This document shows positions 42,880 through 54,816 of a stretch of DNA of 64,000 bases, in pieces; the first letter of the stretch is position 1, and every line of letters starts with the position of its first letter. Made by a program: the position numbers and the translations under genes. The notes beneath the pieces are model-generated. The model was given only the letters and a program-made list of their open reading frames with translations. It made no database searches and had not been told where the DNA came from. The stretch covers positions 207,452,001 to 207,516,000 of the forward strand of contig NC_042998.1 in NCBI RefSeq assembly GCF_006345805.1, given 5' to 3'. The DNA comes from Octopus sinensis (taxonomy: Eukaryota).

Positions 42880-44160
42880 GTGTTGCTATAGCAACCAGTC
42901 TGCTTCATGTAGTTCCTTCCTGTTGTACATGGCTGATCACAATTTGCTTATAAGGAGGGCTTCCATAATTCTGGCCTATTTCCAATACAACGTTGAGGTA
43001 TATAAACAGATCTCAGGTCTCCCGATGGAATCCAGCCTCTCAGGCCTGCTGAACATCTTGTACATGGATCAACTTGAACGCACGGCGCTTAGCATCTACC
43101 GCTCATGCGTCTCCTCAAAGTACTCCGACGATATGCTAATGCTCACCTCCTCCGGTGAAGAGGCGACCGCCATCCAACAAGATTTCAACAACGTCGACAG
43201 CCACATCAAATTCGAAATAGAACGCCCAGATGAACCCAGATTCCTCTCTCTGCTAGATTTCCAAATCAAGATCACAGGGGAGGGTTACATCTACAGGAAT
43301 TTCTATAGAAAAGCGGCCAGTTGGAATCTGTCCGTACATTACGAATCAGCCCTGCCCACAAGAGCCAAAGTCTCATACGTACGGAATGAGATCTCACACA
43401 TAACAAACAGATGTAGTGAAGCAACGGACAAAGCTACCAACACCAAGCGGTTCCAAGGCGGAGAGCTGGCAGAAATGTTAGCACGTCGGGCGAAATGCTT
43501 AGTGGTATTTCGTCTGCCGTTACGTTGTGAGTTCAAATTCCGCCGAGGTCGACTTTACCTTTTACCCTTTCGGGGTCGATGTAATCGATTTAATACCTAT
43601 GTCTGTCCTTGTTTGTCCCATCTATGTTTAGCCCCTTGTGGGTAATAAAGAAATAGGTTCCCCAGGAACTTAGCGCACAACAGCGTTGTGCTATCTGCAG
43701 CTAAATGATTGCATCCACGAAACATGAAAACGGGTAAACAACATAAGGAAGCCCATAACACCAGGTCGGAAAAGAGCTTCCTACTTCGACGACAGAACAA
43801 CGGCAGCTATTCAACGTGCCATCTGCAGGGAAGGACTCAATATGGAAGTGATACACACCGGGGTCCATCCATGAGTAAAGTTCTGTCGAGGAAAAATACC
43901 ACAGAGAGAGCACCGTGGGGTTCACAGTCACCAACTGCTCCATCAACGACATCGAAACATGCTCGAGGGCCTATGGAGTATACGAAGTACTCTGCAGTAA
44001 ATGTGGGGCTTCCTACATAGCGATCACTACTAGGAAATTGCACATCCGTATAAAAGAACATCAGCACACGGAAACTTCAATAAAGAAACACCTTAGGAGG
44101 TGCCAAACCCAGAATGTATGTCTATAGAATAGAAATCAAAGGAGTGGAGAGAGGTAATAG
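42880..44160 (+). mobile_element. Penelope-like retroelement relic (RT + GIY-YIG), interrupted by a SINE at about 43457-43655
   Basis: YKQISGLPM, KYSDD, IKFEIE, FLSLLD, YRKA; GVYEVLCSKCGASYI...RIKEH. Confidence 0.88.
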
Positions 44161-46466
44161 GATGGTATAAGGGTCACTTAATAGAAGCAGGGCAGTGAGC
44201 TGGCAGAATTGTTAGTATGCTGGACGAAATGCTTAGCGGTATTTCGTCTGCCGTTACGTTCTGAGTTCAAATTCCGCCGAGGTTGACTTCGCCTTTCATC
44301 CTTTCGGGGTCGATTAAATAAGTACCAGTTGCGTACTGGGGTCGATATAATCGACTTAATCCGTTTATCTGTCCTTGTTTGTCCTCTCTGTATTTGGCCC
44401 CTTGTGGGTAGTAAAGAAATAGGTATTTCGTCTGCCGCTACTTTCTGAGTTCAAATTCCGCCGAGGTCGACTTTGCATGTCATCCTTTCGGGGTCGATAA
44501 ATTAAGTACCAGTTACACACTGGAGTTGATGTAATCGACTTGATCCCTTTGCCTGTCCTTGTTTGTCCCCTCTGAGTTTAGCCCCTCGTGGGCAATAAAG
44601 AAATAAGAAGCAGGGGGCATTGCACTGCCAAAATTTGGAAGAGGGACAATCCTAAAACTTTAGTGCTTGTAGTCAGGTCAACACCCATTACCATATTAGT
44701 ATTGTATATTGATTAGATGTTCTCCAACCATTATGTTGAAATTTGATATGAGCTTTTTATGGACATGGTCAATCTAAGACTTATAATATTTGATTGTTGT
44801 TGCTATCAAGCATAGTAGGGGAAGTATATTAGAAAACGAAGGACGTTATTGGTAGTCATATTGTAGAAGTAGTGGGTGGCGATTTTCTTCCCTACTTCAG
44901 GGAGTGACGACCCTGCCTGACATGAGTCTCGGACTCATCTGGCTCCGGCTGACAGTACCCGGTATGGGCCCCTATCCAGGGTTACGGAAAGGAGACAACC
45001 TTCAAAGAAATCCGGAGTGGAGCCCCGTAGGCGGTTTAGTGTTCGACTCGACACTCTTCCGGCAGCTCCTGCAACCAAGCTGGTGCCAAACGTAATGCTC
45101 TGCACTCCTTTGGACTATGCCAGCAAGGTCGAGAGAGGAATCCTGACGATTGGGCTACCCAGGATTTTCTTTACATCTAGCCCAGGCCTGCGCAAAACTG
45201 GAGAGGAAACTGGAGAGGACATGAAATGTAAAAACCAGACTGGATTAGTTTATGCGCAACTCCATTGTCTCCCGAGACAAAAGGATGCCAACAACAACAA
45301 TTGCAGAGGTCAGGAATGCACTTCTTAGCCAGGATATAAATACTGATCGATTGAGAAATATAACCTGTCTTTTTCTGTTCTCGATTCTAATTGCATCCTT
45401 CCATCTTCTACTTTCCCCATGCTGTAGCCATTCCTTCAGTACTCTGCTTGTTATAACCCAAAATGGCTCTGACCAAAGTAGCATTAATTTTCTTAGGTCG
45501 TTCAGTTTGCCTCAATTGATCAATAGACCAATTGAGTAAACCTATCAGTAATGCACCTATAATGGTCACTGGAAACAGCTGTAAGCCACATTTTTCCCAA
45601 TAAAGGGAAAATATGTGATGGCCATTATTTTAAATTTATTCTTTTTTTTATATATCACTGTGTAAAAACCAGTTTGTCTGGAGCCCAACCACGGATTTAC
45701 AATACAGAATTGTGATGAACGATAACCTTGGACCCTGCCACAAGATTAACTGGGGTTCTCCACTAATCTAGATAATATTGTTAATCTGGTGTGCCAGCAG
45801 AGAGCTTATGTAATCCGGATCCACAATAAAACACAACTTGTGTTGTTCTGCAGTTTTTCTTTGTTATTTCCGTGATCAGGCGACCTTTCCTCTTTCGCTT
45901 GTTTTTCAGTCATTAGACTGCGGCCATGCTGGAGCATCGCCTTGAAGGGTTTTTTTAGTTGAATGAATTGGCCCTAGTGTTTAATTTTAAGCCTGGTATT
46001 TATTCTATCGGTTACTTTTACCAAACTGCTAAGTAACCGGGACGTAAACGCATCAACACCGGTTGTCAAGCCTTGGCAGGGGTGGGGGACAAAGACACAC
46101 ACACACATAAAAATATATAGTGAAGGTGCATGGCTCAGTGGTTAAAGCATCGAGCTTACGATTATGAGGTTGTAAGTTCGATTCCCAGACCGGGCTGCGT
46201 GTTGTGTTCTTGAGCAAGACACTTTATTTCACATTGCTCCAGTTCACTCAGCTGTAGAAATGGGTTGCGACATCACTGGTGCCAAGCTGTATCGGCCCCT
46301 TTGCCTTTCCCTTGGATAACACTGGTGGCATGGAGAGGGGAGGCCGGTAACATGGGCGACTGCTGGTCTTCCACAAACAACCTTGCCCGGACTTGTGCCT
46401 CAGAGGGTAACTTTCTAGGTACAATCCCATGGTCAGTCATGACCGAAAGGGGTCTCCTCCTCCCCC

Positions 46467-46509
<43 letters not shown>

Positions 46510-46969
46510 CTGTTCTGTCTGTCTGTGTGTCTTCTCGGATCTCGAGCATCCTCCATCCGATTGTGCTTAAATTTGATATGTAGATACCGACGGTCTCAGG
46601 GCGTGTATAAGTCTTGAAAAAATTACAAAAATCGATTCCAGGTTGAGAATGCGATCGATAAAGCCGTGGGAACGTGCATTTGTAAAATCGTTTTTCTTGG
46701 AATAGAAAAAAAGTCTATTTTATTTCTTCTTTTGCTGGCGTCTCAAATTTAGGTTAAATCAGTGTTTCTCAAAGGGGAGGCCTATGGGATGTAAAACAAT
46801 GCGATCTTCGCATCAGGGGGGAAAAAATATGCATACCAATAAGATGATGAGAAGATCGCATTGTTTTACATCATTTTATTCATTCCGGAATAATACCAAT
46901 GTTTTCTTCGAAACATAGGTCGGAAGTTAAAGACTTGAATAAAACCTGCGTTTAATTCCATTTACTGTT

Positions 46970-47295
<326 letters not shown>

Positions 47296-47984
47296 ATGCA
47301 TATGTATGTATGTATACTCATACACACACACACATATGATGTATAGCTGTGTGCGTGTATTTTTGCGTTTGTGCTTGTTCCCCTCCACCGCTTGACAACC
47401 GGTGTTAGTGTGTTTACGTCCCCGTAACTTAGTAGTTCGGCAAACAAGACTTATAGAGTAAGTGCCAGGCATTAATAAAATACAAAAAAAAGGACTTGTG
47501 TCTTTTCGTTCGACTAAAATTCTTCAAGGCGGTGCCCCAGCATGGCCGCAATCTAATGAATGAAACTAGTAAAAGATAAAAGATGCTGTTTCTAATTTAG
47601 GCACAAGGCCAGCAATTTTGTGGAGGGGAGGGTGGGTGTTTGTCGATAAGGTCAACTCCAGTTCTTAACCGGTAGTTTATTTTATCGACCTCGAAAAAAA
47701 AAATTGAAAATAAAGTTGACCTCGGCGGAATTTGAACTCAAAACTTATCCAATGAATTTTTTTTTACAACGTTCTAGCGATTCTGCTGACTCACTGTTTT
47801 ACACATACACACACACACACACGCTCAATTATTAACTGGATCAAAAACAAAATCAATAACCAAGCGGGATGTTATATATTGTTTTTTTAAAAACGTAACA
47901 CTCTATTCTGAGTCTCACCAAGGCTTTTCAAACTCTGTGTGTGTGTGTGTGTGTGTGTAAAATATTTTATAAAATTGTTTATAG

Positions 47985-48097
47985 ATATAGACAGACAAAA
48001 AGACAGGTGGATAAATAAATATAGACAGACAGACAGGTAGATAGACAGATACATAGATATAGACAAGCAGACAGACAGACGGACAGACAGACAGAAG

Positions 48098-48145
<48 letters not shown>

Positions 48146-48214
48146 TATATATTAGATAGATAGATAGATAGGTAACATAGGTAGATATAGGTGAATAGAT
48201 AGATATAGATAGAT

Positions 48215-48259
<45 letters not shown>

Positions 48260-48336
48260 GATCAGATAGATAGATAGATAGTAGATAGGTAGATATAGAT
48301 AGAGATAGATAGCTAGATAGATAGATAGATAGATAG

Positions 48337-48369
<33 letters not shown>

Positions 48370-48385
48370 GATTTATTGATAGATA
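47985..48385. repeat. (ACAG/TA/ATAG)n microsatellite
   Basis: Direct inspection. Confidence 0.95.
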
Positions 48386-48568
48386 GATAAGTTTCTTTAT
48401 TGGCCACACAGGGCTGCACACAGTTGGGACAAGTTACAAGGTAGAGCTTTTCTTTTGGGGGAGAGAAAAAGAAAAAAAAGGTGGCGTAGGTTTTCGATCA
48501 AAAGGGATCGTAAAAGGGAAAAAAGAACAAAAAAAGAAAAAAGAAAATAGATAGATAGATAGAGTTAC

Positions 48569-48698
48569 CGTTAAAAATGGAATCCATTGATGGAAATTTT
48601 GGCATTAGTCCGTCAAACAACGATGCCGGAGTTGTGGGCACTGCCAGTGAAATAGTGAGAAGGACCACACAATAGACATAACTCTTAATCAACACCAT
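48569..48698 (-). CDS. First coding exon of putative secreted HSP20/alpha-crystallin-like protein (MVLIKSYVYCVVLLTISLAVPTT...IFN)
   Basis: gaaaATGG start context; in-frame TGA 27 nt upstream; no upstream ATG back to the candidate acceptor at 48986. Hydrophobic signal-like N-terminus ending S-L-A. Phase 1 donor gtaact. Confidence 0.78.
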
Positions 48699-50394
48699 TT
48701 TCCTCTGTTGGGTTTTTTTCCTCTTTCAAAATTCCTTCCTGAAATGATCGTCTGCCACAGTTTTACTCTCAATGTCGTCTCTCCACACCTGTTTCCCTGC
48801 TGTGTTTCTTGTTCTCGTTCTTGTTGCGTTAAAGTTTTCTTTGAAAACTCGAGTTTCTTTTATATGACAACTGCTGCTACTGCTGCTGTTTGGTACGACA
48901 GCTGTTGCTCCTCCTGTTTCAGTTGCTGTTGGGTGGTGGCGGTCGTGGTGGGGTTGATGCAAATCGCTTTTACTGTTATTGCTGACTGTAATATAGGAAT
49001 GGAAGATTCACTGACAGGTGATAACCGAAATATCTAGATTCACTGACACATACTTTAGCAAGAATTTCAAAATATTGTGGGCATACACGCACATAAAACA
49101 CACGCACGCACCAAAGTACACACACACACACACACACACACAGTCACACTTACACACACAGGCACACACACACAAACACACACACAGAGGCACACATACA
49201 CACACCGGCGTGGCTGTGTGGTAAGAAGCTTGCTTTCCAGCGACATGGTTCTGGGTTCAGTCCACTGCATAGCACCTTAGGCAAGTGTCTTCTACTATAG
49301 TCTTGGGGCGACCAAAGACTTGTGAGTGGGTTTGGTAGACGGAAACTGAAAGAAGCCCATCGTGTGTATGTGTGTGTATGTGTATGTGTGTGTCCCACTG
49401 TTTGACACCCGGTGTTGATTTGTGTATGTCCCCATAACTTAACGATTTACTCGACTAACACTCATGGAGGCGGTGCCTCAGCATGGCCGCAGTCTAATGA
49501 CTAAAACAAGTAGAAGATAAAAGATTACACGTTCGTCTCGTGAAAAGAGTGAAATAGCAAAAAAAAAAACAAGAAAAAGAAAAAAGAAAAAAAATATCCC
49601 TGCATCGACCAAAACCGAAAGATGGCTTTGCTTGTTGTTACAACGGATTCCGGTGTTTTAGAAAAGCTGTCCTATGGCCCAGCGATATTAAACCAAGTCG
49701 AGGATCTTGGTGGAACACCTTAGGGCCACAGAAAAACAGTTCTCCAATTTGATCAAATATCGTAAAATCATTCGATATGGCTCTGCAGCGGTGATTCGAA
49801 ACCGAACCGCTAGGTAACCGGTCATGCATCACGACCGAACGTCAGTAGTTTCACATGATCGGTCTATTAAACAACCAATCAATGTCGTCGAGAGCAGCCG
49901 GCTCATTCACACGTCTCACCTCTTGCCAGGCAGAATGTTGAGGCAGCCGAATGGTATGTGTCTCCATTCTTCTGACAGCCAAACGACTCGGGAAGACGGT
50001 TAGAACAGAAGGCAGACAGACGACAGGAATCTCCGTCGCCACGAATATAACGCAATTATTTCCAGTTATGAAGGACCAACCATATGTTGCTGTTTCAATA
50101 AGCTGGTCGTAAACTCCACTTAGCATGTCTCACCCAATATGTAACTATTGCTGCTGTTATTTGTAAAAGACCAATTCGGCTTAATTATGTACAATAATAA
50201 AATGTGTTAATTGTTTTCAGATGATATCAGTTCCTTTTTCACGCTGCCCAAGAAACACATTTTTATTCATCGCCTCAAATAGTCGTCAGTTCACACCAGC
50301 CGACAACATAACAAACACAGCTCGCGACATTGGTAACTCTCAGCACTCAGAACATCTCCATAACTCCTTACAGTCATGGTAAATATCTCGTCGA

Positions 50395-50630
50395 AAGGCG
50401 GCGAGCTGGCAGAAACGTTAGCACGCCGGGCGAAATGCATAGCTGTATTTCGTCTGCCGCTACGTTCTGCGTTCAAATTCCGCCGAGGTCGACTTTGCCC
50501 TTCATCCTTTCGGGGTCGATTAAATAAGTAGCAGTTATGCACTGGCGTCGATGTAATCGACTTAATCCGTTTGTCTGTCTTTGTTTGTCCTCTCTGTGTT
50601 TAGCCCCTTGTGGGTAGTAAAGAAATAGGT
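50395..50630 (+). mobile_element. tRNA-derived SINE family 2 (representative; many copies, often in tandem)
   Basis: Consensus ggcggcgagctggcagaa...gagttcaaattccgccgaggtcgactttgcctttcatcctttcggggtcga...aaagaaataggt. Other copies at about 520, 5520-6060, 9880, 15650-16460, 18050-18690, 26720, 28085-28500, 38540-39060, 43457, 44190-44610, 53770, 59750-60240. Confidence 0.85.
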
Positions 50631-51714
50631 AAATAGCCCTTTGATTTAATAAAACATTATAGGGCCATATGATATGACATCCTAACACCTTCAGGCCAAA
50701 AATAGTAGCTCCTACGATGTTACACGAAGTTAGGGAGCCAAGTTCTGTTGTTCAACGATGTTAGACCAGAACAAGAAGTTTTCTACTCCGGCCTTACAAT
50801 GTGACATCGGGTTACACCACTAAAGAAACCACCCGTATATCTCTGCGGCACCCCATCCCATTCTAACATTATTAAAGACGTACCAAAGTTTTGTGCCTTC
50901 GAACGTTGGCTCTTCCTGGATGAAGTAGGGACTGGTGAAGATCTTCCTGTCAGGAACTCGACTGGATTGCCTTCAGAAATCTCGCTGCTTCAGACCTAAA
51001 GTCGTAAAAGTGTTTTGATGACGTCACAATCAATTGATGACGTTCGTAAACTAATTGTAATTATGGAGAATCATAATGTCATTGGATCAACAACGTAAAA
51101 TAATGGAATATTTGATTATGATCGGATTCCACGCTGATCGATAAAACTGCTAATCGACAGAGGGACGTTTTATATATTAGTAAAAATGGACGATAATATT
51201 GCTTTCAAATTCTGGCACAAGGCCAGCAACATCGGGTGGGGTGGGGGTGGGGGTGGGGTGTGAGGTTTAAATCTGTTACATCGACCCTTGTGCTCAACAA
51301 GTATTATTTCATCGACCCCGAAAGGGGTAAAAGACAAAGTCGACCTCAGTGAAATTTGAACTCAGAACGTAAAAACGGACGAAATGTCGCTAAGCATTTT
51401 GTCCGGCGTGCTAATATTTCTGCCAGCTCACCGCCCTTAACAAACTAATATAATGCTTTCTACCAAAGGCACAAGGCCTGAAATTTTAGGTGGGGTGGGG
51501 GACAGTCGATTTCATCAATCCCAGTAATTTGCTGGTGTTTTTTTTATTGGTTTCAAATTCTAGCACAAGGCCAGCAATTTCGGAAGGAGTGGGCCAGTCG
51601 AATACATCGACCCCTCTTCAAAACCGGTTCTTATTTTATCGACCCCGAAATGATGGAAGGCAAAGTCGACCTCGCGAAGGCTGACGAGATGTCACTCAGC
51701 ATTTCGCCCGGCGT

Positions 51715-52660
51715 GCAAACCATTCTTTCCTACTCTAGGCACAAGGCCCAAAATTTGGGGGAGGGGGCCAGTCGATTAGATTGATCCCAGTACACAACGG
51801 GTACTTAATTTATCGACCTCGAAAGGATGAAAGGCAGAGTCAACCACGGCGGAATTCAGAACGTGAACACTGACAAGGTGTCTCTCAGCATTTCGCCCGG
51901 CGGGCTAACCATTTTTTTTTTACTCTAGGCACAAGGCCCGAAATTGGGGGGGGGCAGTCGATTAGATTGATCCCAGTACACAACTGGTACTTAATTTATC
52001 GACCCCGAAAGGATGAAAGGCAAAGTCAACCACGGCGGAATTCAGAACGCGAACACTGAAAAGGTGTCTCTCAGCATTTCGCCCGGCGTGCAAACCATTC
52101 TTTCCTACTCTAGGCACAAGGCCCGAATTTTGGGGGAGGGGGGGCCAGTCGATTAGATCGATCCCAGTACACAACTGGTACTTAATTTATCGACTCCAAA
52201 AGGATGAAAGGCAAAGTCGACCTCGGCGGAATTCCGAGACGTCACTCAGCATTTCAACCGGGGTGCTAACCATTCTTTCCTACTCTAGGCACAAGGCCCG
52301 AAATTTTGGGGGAGGGGGCCAATCGATTAGATCGACCCTAGTGCGTAACTGGTACTTAGTTTATCGACCCCGAAAGGATGAAAGGCAAAGTCGACCTCGG
52401 CAGAATTCAGAACGCGAACACTGACAAGGTGTCTCTCAGCATTTCGCCCGGCGTGCAAAGCATTCTTTCCTATTCTAGGCACAAGGCCCGAAATTTTGGG
52501 GGAGGGGGCCAGTCGATTAGATTGATCTCAGTACACAACTGGTACTTAATTTATCGACCCCGAAAGGATGAAAGGCAAAGTCAACCACGGCGGAATTCAG
52601 AACGCGAACACTGAAAAGTGTCTCTCAGCATTTCACCCGGGGTGCTAACCATTCTGCCTG
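51715..52660 (-). repeat. Tandem array (5-6 units, about 160-190 bp) built from SINE family 2
   Basis: Recurring cattctttcctactctaggcacaaggcccgaaattt...ggcggaattcagaacgcgaacactga. Confidence 0.85.
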
Positions 52661-53149
52661 CTCACTGCAGCTGGTACTGAATATTAATCATGTCAAATAA
52701 TGAAATGTTGAGAATTGTAATCAAAGTATCTGCTTGTTGGCAAACAATATATGCTAATTAATATACGCAACACGTTAATTAATAAAGACACAAGTGTATG
52801 TATATTAATGAAGCAGGCATTAATATACCGTATGCAATGAATCAAGATGTATTTACTAATTAAAATAATAAACGTAATTGAGATCGAAAAAGGCCGTTAC
52901 TTGAATAATTAATTGTAGTAAAGAAAGACCTGTGAAAGGGAAGCCCAGCTTTGGAATTAATTAAAGATAATTGACTGAATTAAATAAAAATAAAACTGCA
53001 GTGAGGAAGTGAGTCAGAACGTCGGTGGTATGGCGTCAATTATGGATATGTTCTGGTGTTTTAGAGATCTTAAGAAAACAATAGTTTTAACTGTTGCTGT
53101 CAGATCGTAGATACAGGACTTTAAGTGAATAACAATAGAGTGACTCATT

Positions 53150-53770
53150 AATATGTTTCTTTATTAGCCACACAGGGCTGCACACAGACGGAACAGATTA
53201 CAAAGTAGAGTTTTTCGTTATGGGGACAAAAAAAAAATGTGGGGTAGGTTTTCGATCAAAAGGGATCGTAAAAGGGAAAGAAAAATAGAGGAAAGAAAAG
53301 ACAAAAAAGAAAAAAGAGACGATCAATAGGGATCGTGTGTCATAGAAATGTCATGATGTAAAGTGTAAAGGGGGAAGCAGATAGGGTTTATCCGTGGAAA
53401 GAAAAGCCTACGGAAAAGACCACAGTAACCTCGGTCAATAATGTCTCATGTTAACACATTTATTTGCAAGTAAGAAACTCTCTGTTTTAAATTTTTCCGG
53501 GTTCATAGGATCATACTCAAGATGGCTTCGTCGTTCATAGGTGCCATCCTTGCTACATTCACCCATCTTTTTTTGAAGCATTCGCTAGACAAAACTTGCC
53601 TCTCTACTTTCACTTTCCTTTTCAAGTGATACTTGAAGAAGTTGATGAGAGATTGACCAGAGAGGAAAGTGTTTGTCTCGAATCCTTTCAGACGCGTCCA
53701 CCAGATACATTCTTTCGCCATAGCCACAAGCATGATGAACTCATTAATATATACACATGGCAAAGTCAAC
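53150..53770 (-). mobile_element. 3' end of L1/Tx1-like retrotransposon; shorter copy at about 48385-48545
   Basis: FFKYHLKRKVKVERQVLSSECFKKRW C-terminal ORF followed by a 3'UTR ending aataaagaaac; that UTR is shared with 48385-48545. Confidence 0.55.
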
Positions 53771-54768
53771 CAAAGTCAACCACGGCGGAATTCAGAACGC
53801 GAACACTGACAAGGTGTCTCTCAGCATTTCGCCCGGCGTGCTAACCATTCTTTTTTACTCTAGGCACAAAGCCCGAAATTTTGGGGCGAGCTGGCAGAAA
53901 CGTTAGTACGCCGGGTGAAATGCGTTGCCGTATTTCGTCTGTCGTTACGTTCGATATTCAAATTCCGCCGAGGTCGACTTTGCCTTTCATCCTTTCGGGG
54001 TCGATGAATTAAGTACCAGTTACGCACTGGGTTCGATGTAATCGACTTAATCCCTTTGTCTGTCCTTGTTTGTCCCCTCTGTGTTTAGCCCTTTGTGGGT
54101 AGTAAAGAAATATATACACATGTTACATACGATAACTGATTTTAAAATAGGGCACACACACATACACACACACATACTATTTTATATATATAGAACAGTT
54201 TACGTAGTAAGCCTTGCTGATGAGCTTTAAGTGTCTTTGGCAAAGAAAGTGAAATCAATTGATACTGCAATGTCTTCTTTTGTCCTTTTAGTGTTTTCAC
54301 ACATCAGTCTATTTTGCGTCTTGTTTTCCGTGTCACCATTTTAACGTGGGTTGTTAGACCTGCATTTTGTGGTCAACGTGTTGCGTTCATAATGACCACT
54401 TTAATATTAGTCTCAATTTTTGGCACAAGGCCAGAATAACAACGTTCCGCGTGGAATGCTGGATGACTTTGCCAGGGATTGAATTCACCAGCTTTTTATA
54501 ACTCAATGAAGTTATTCTAGAAATTTCGATCAGACTTTTTAGAGTGCAGAGGTTGTGAAGTAAACTGATGTGTAAGGACTGTTTTAAAGATCAGTGGACA
54601 TAGGCGGAGGCGTGCCAATTAGGTCAACATGGTTAGAAGCCTGCTTTCCAGCCACATGGTTCTGGGTTCAATCTCACTGCGTGGCACCTTGGGCTAGTGT
54701 CTCCTACTATAGCCTCGGACCGACCAAGCCCTAGTGAAGAGATTTGGTAGCGGAAACTGAAAGAAGCC

Positions 54769-54813
<45 letters not shown>

Positions 54814-54816
<3 letters not shown>

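Noticed and set aside
48830-49045. Heat-shock elements and TATA-like catataaaag upstream of the HSP20-like ATG
   Set aside because: Only imperfect two-unit nGAAn matches; expected by chance in AT-rich DNA, and the TSS is unknown.
51715-52660. CRISPR-like or prokaryotic array (also 7243-7920, 18221-18293)
   Set aside because: Whole units repeat with no unique spacers, there are no cas genes, and the context is intron-rich eukaryotic DNA.
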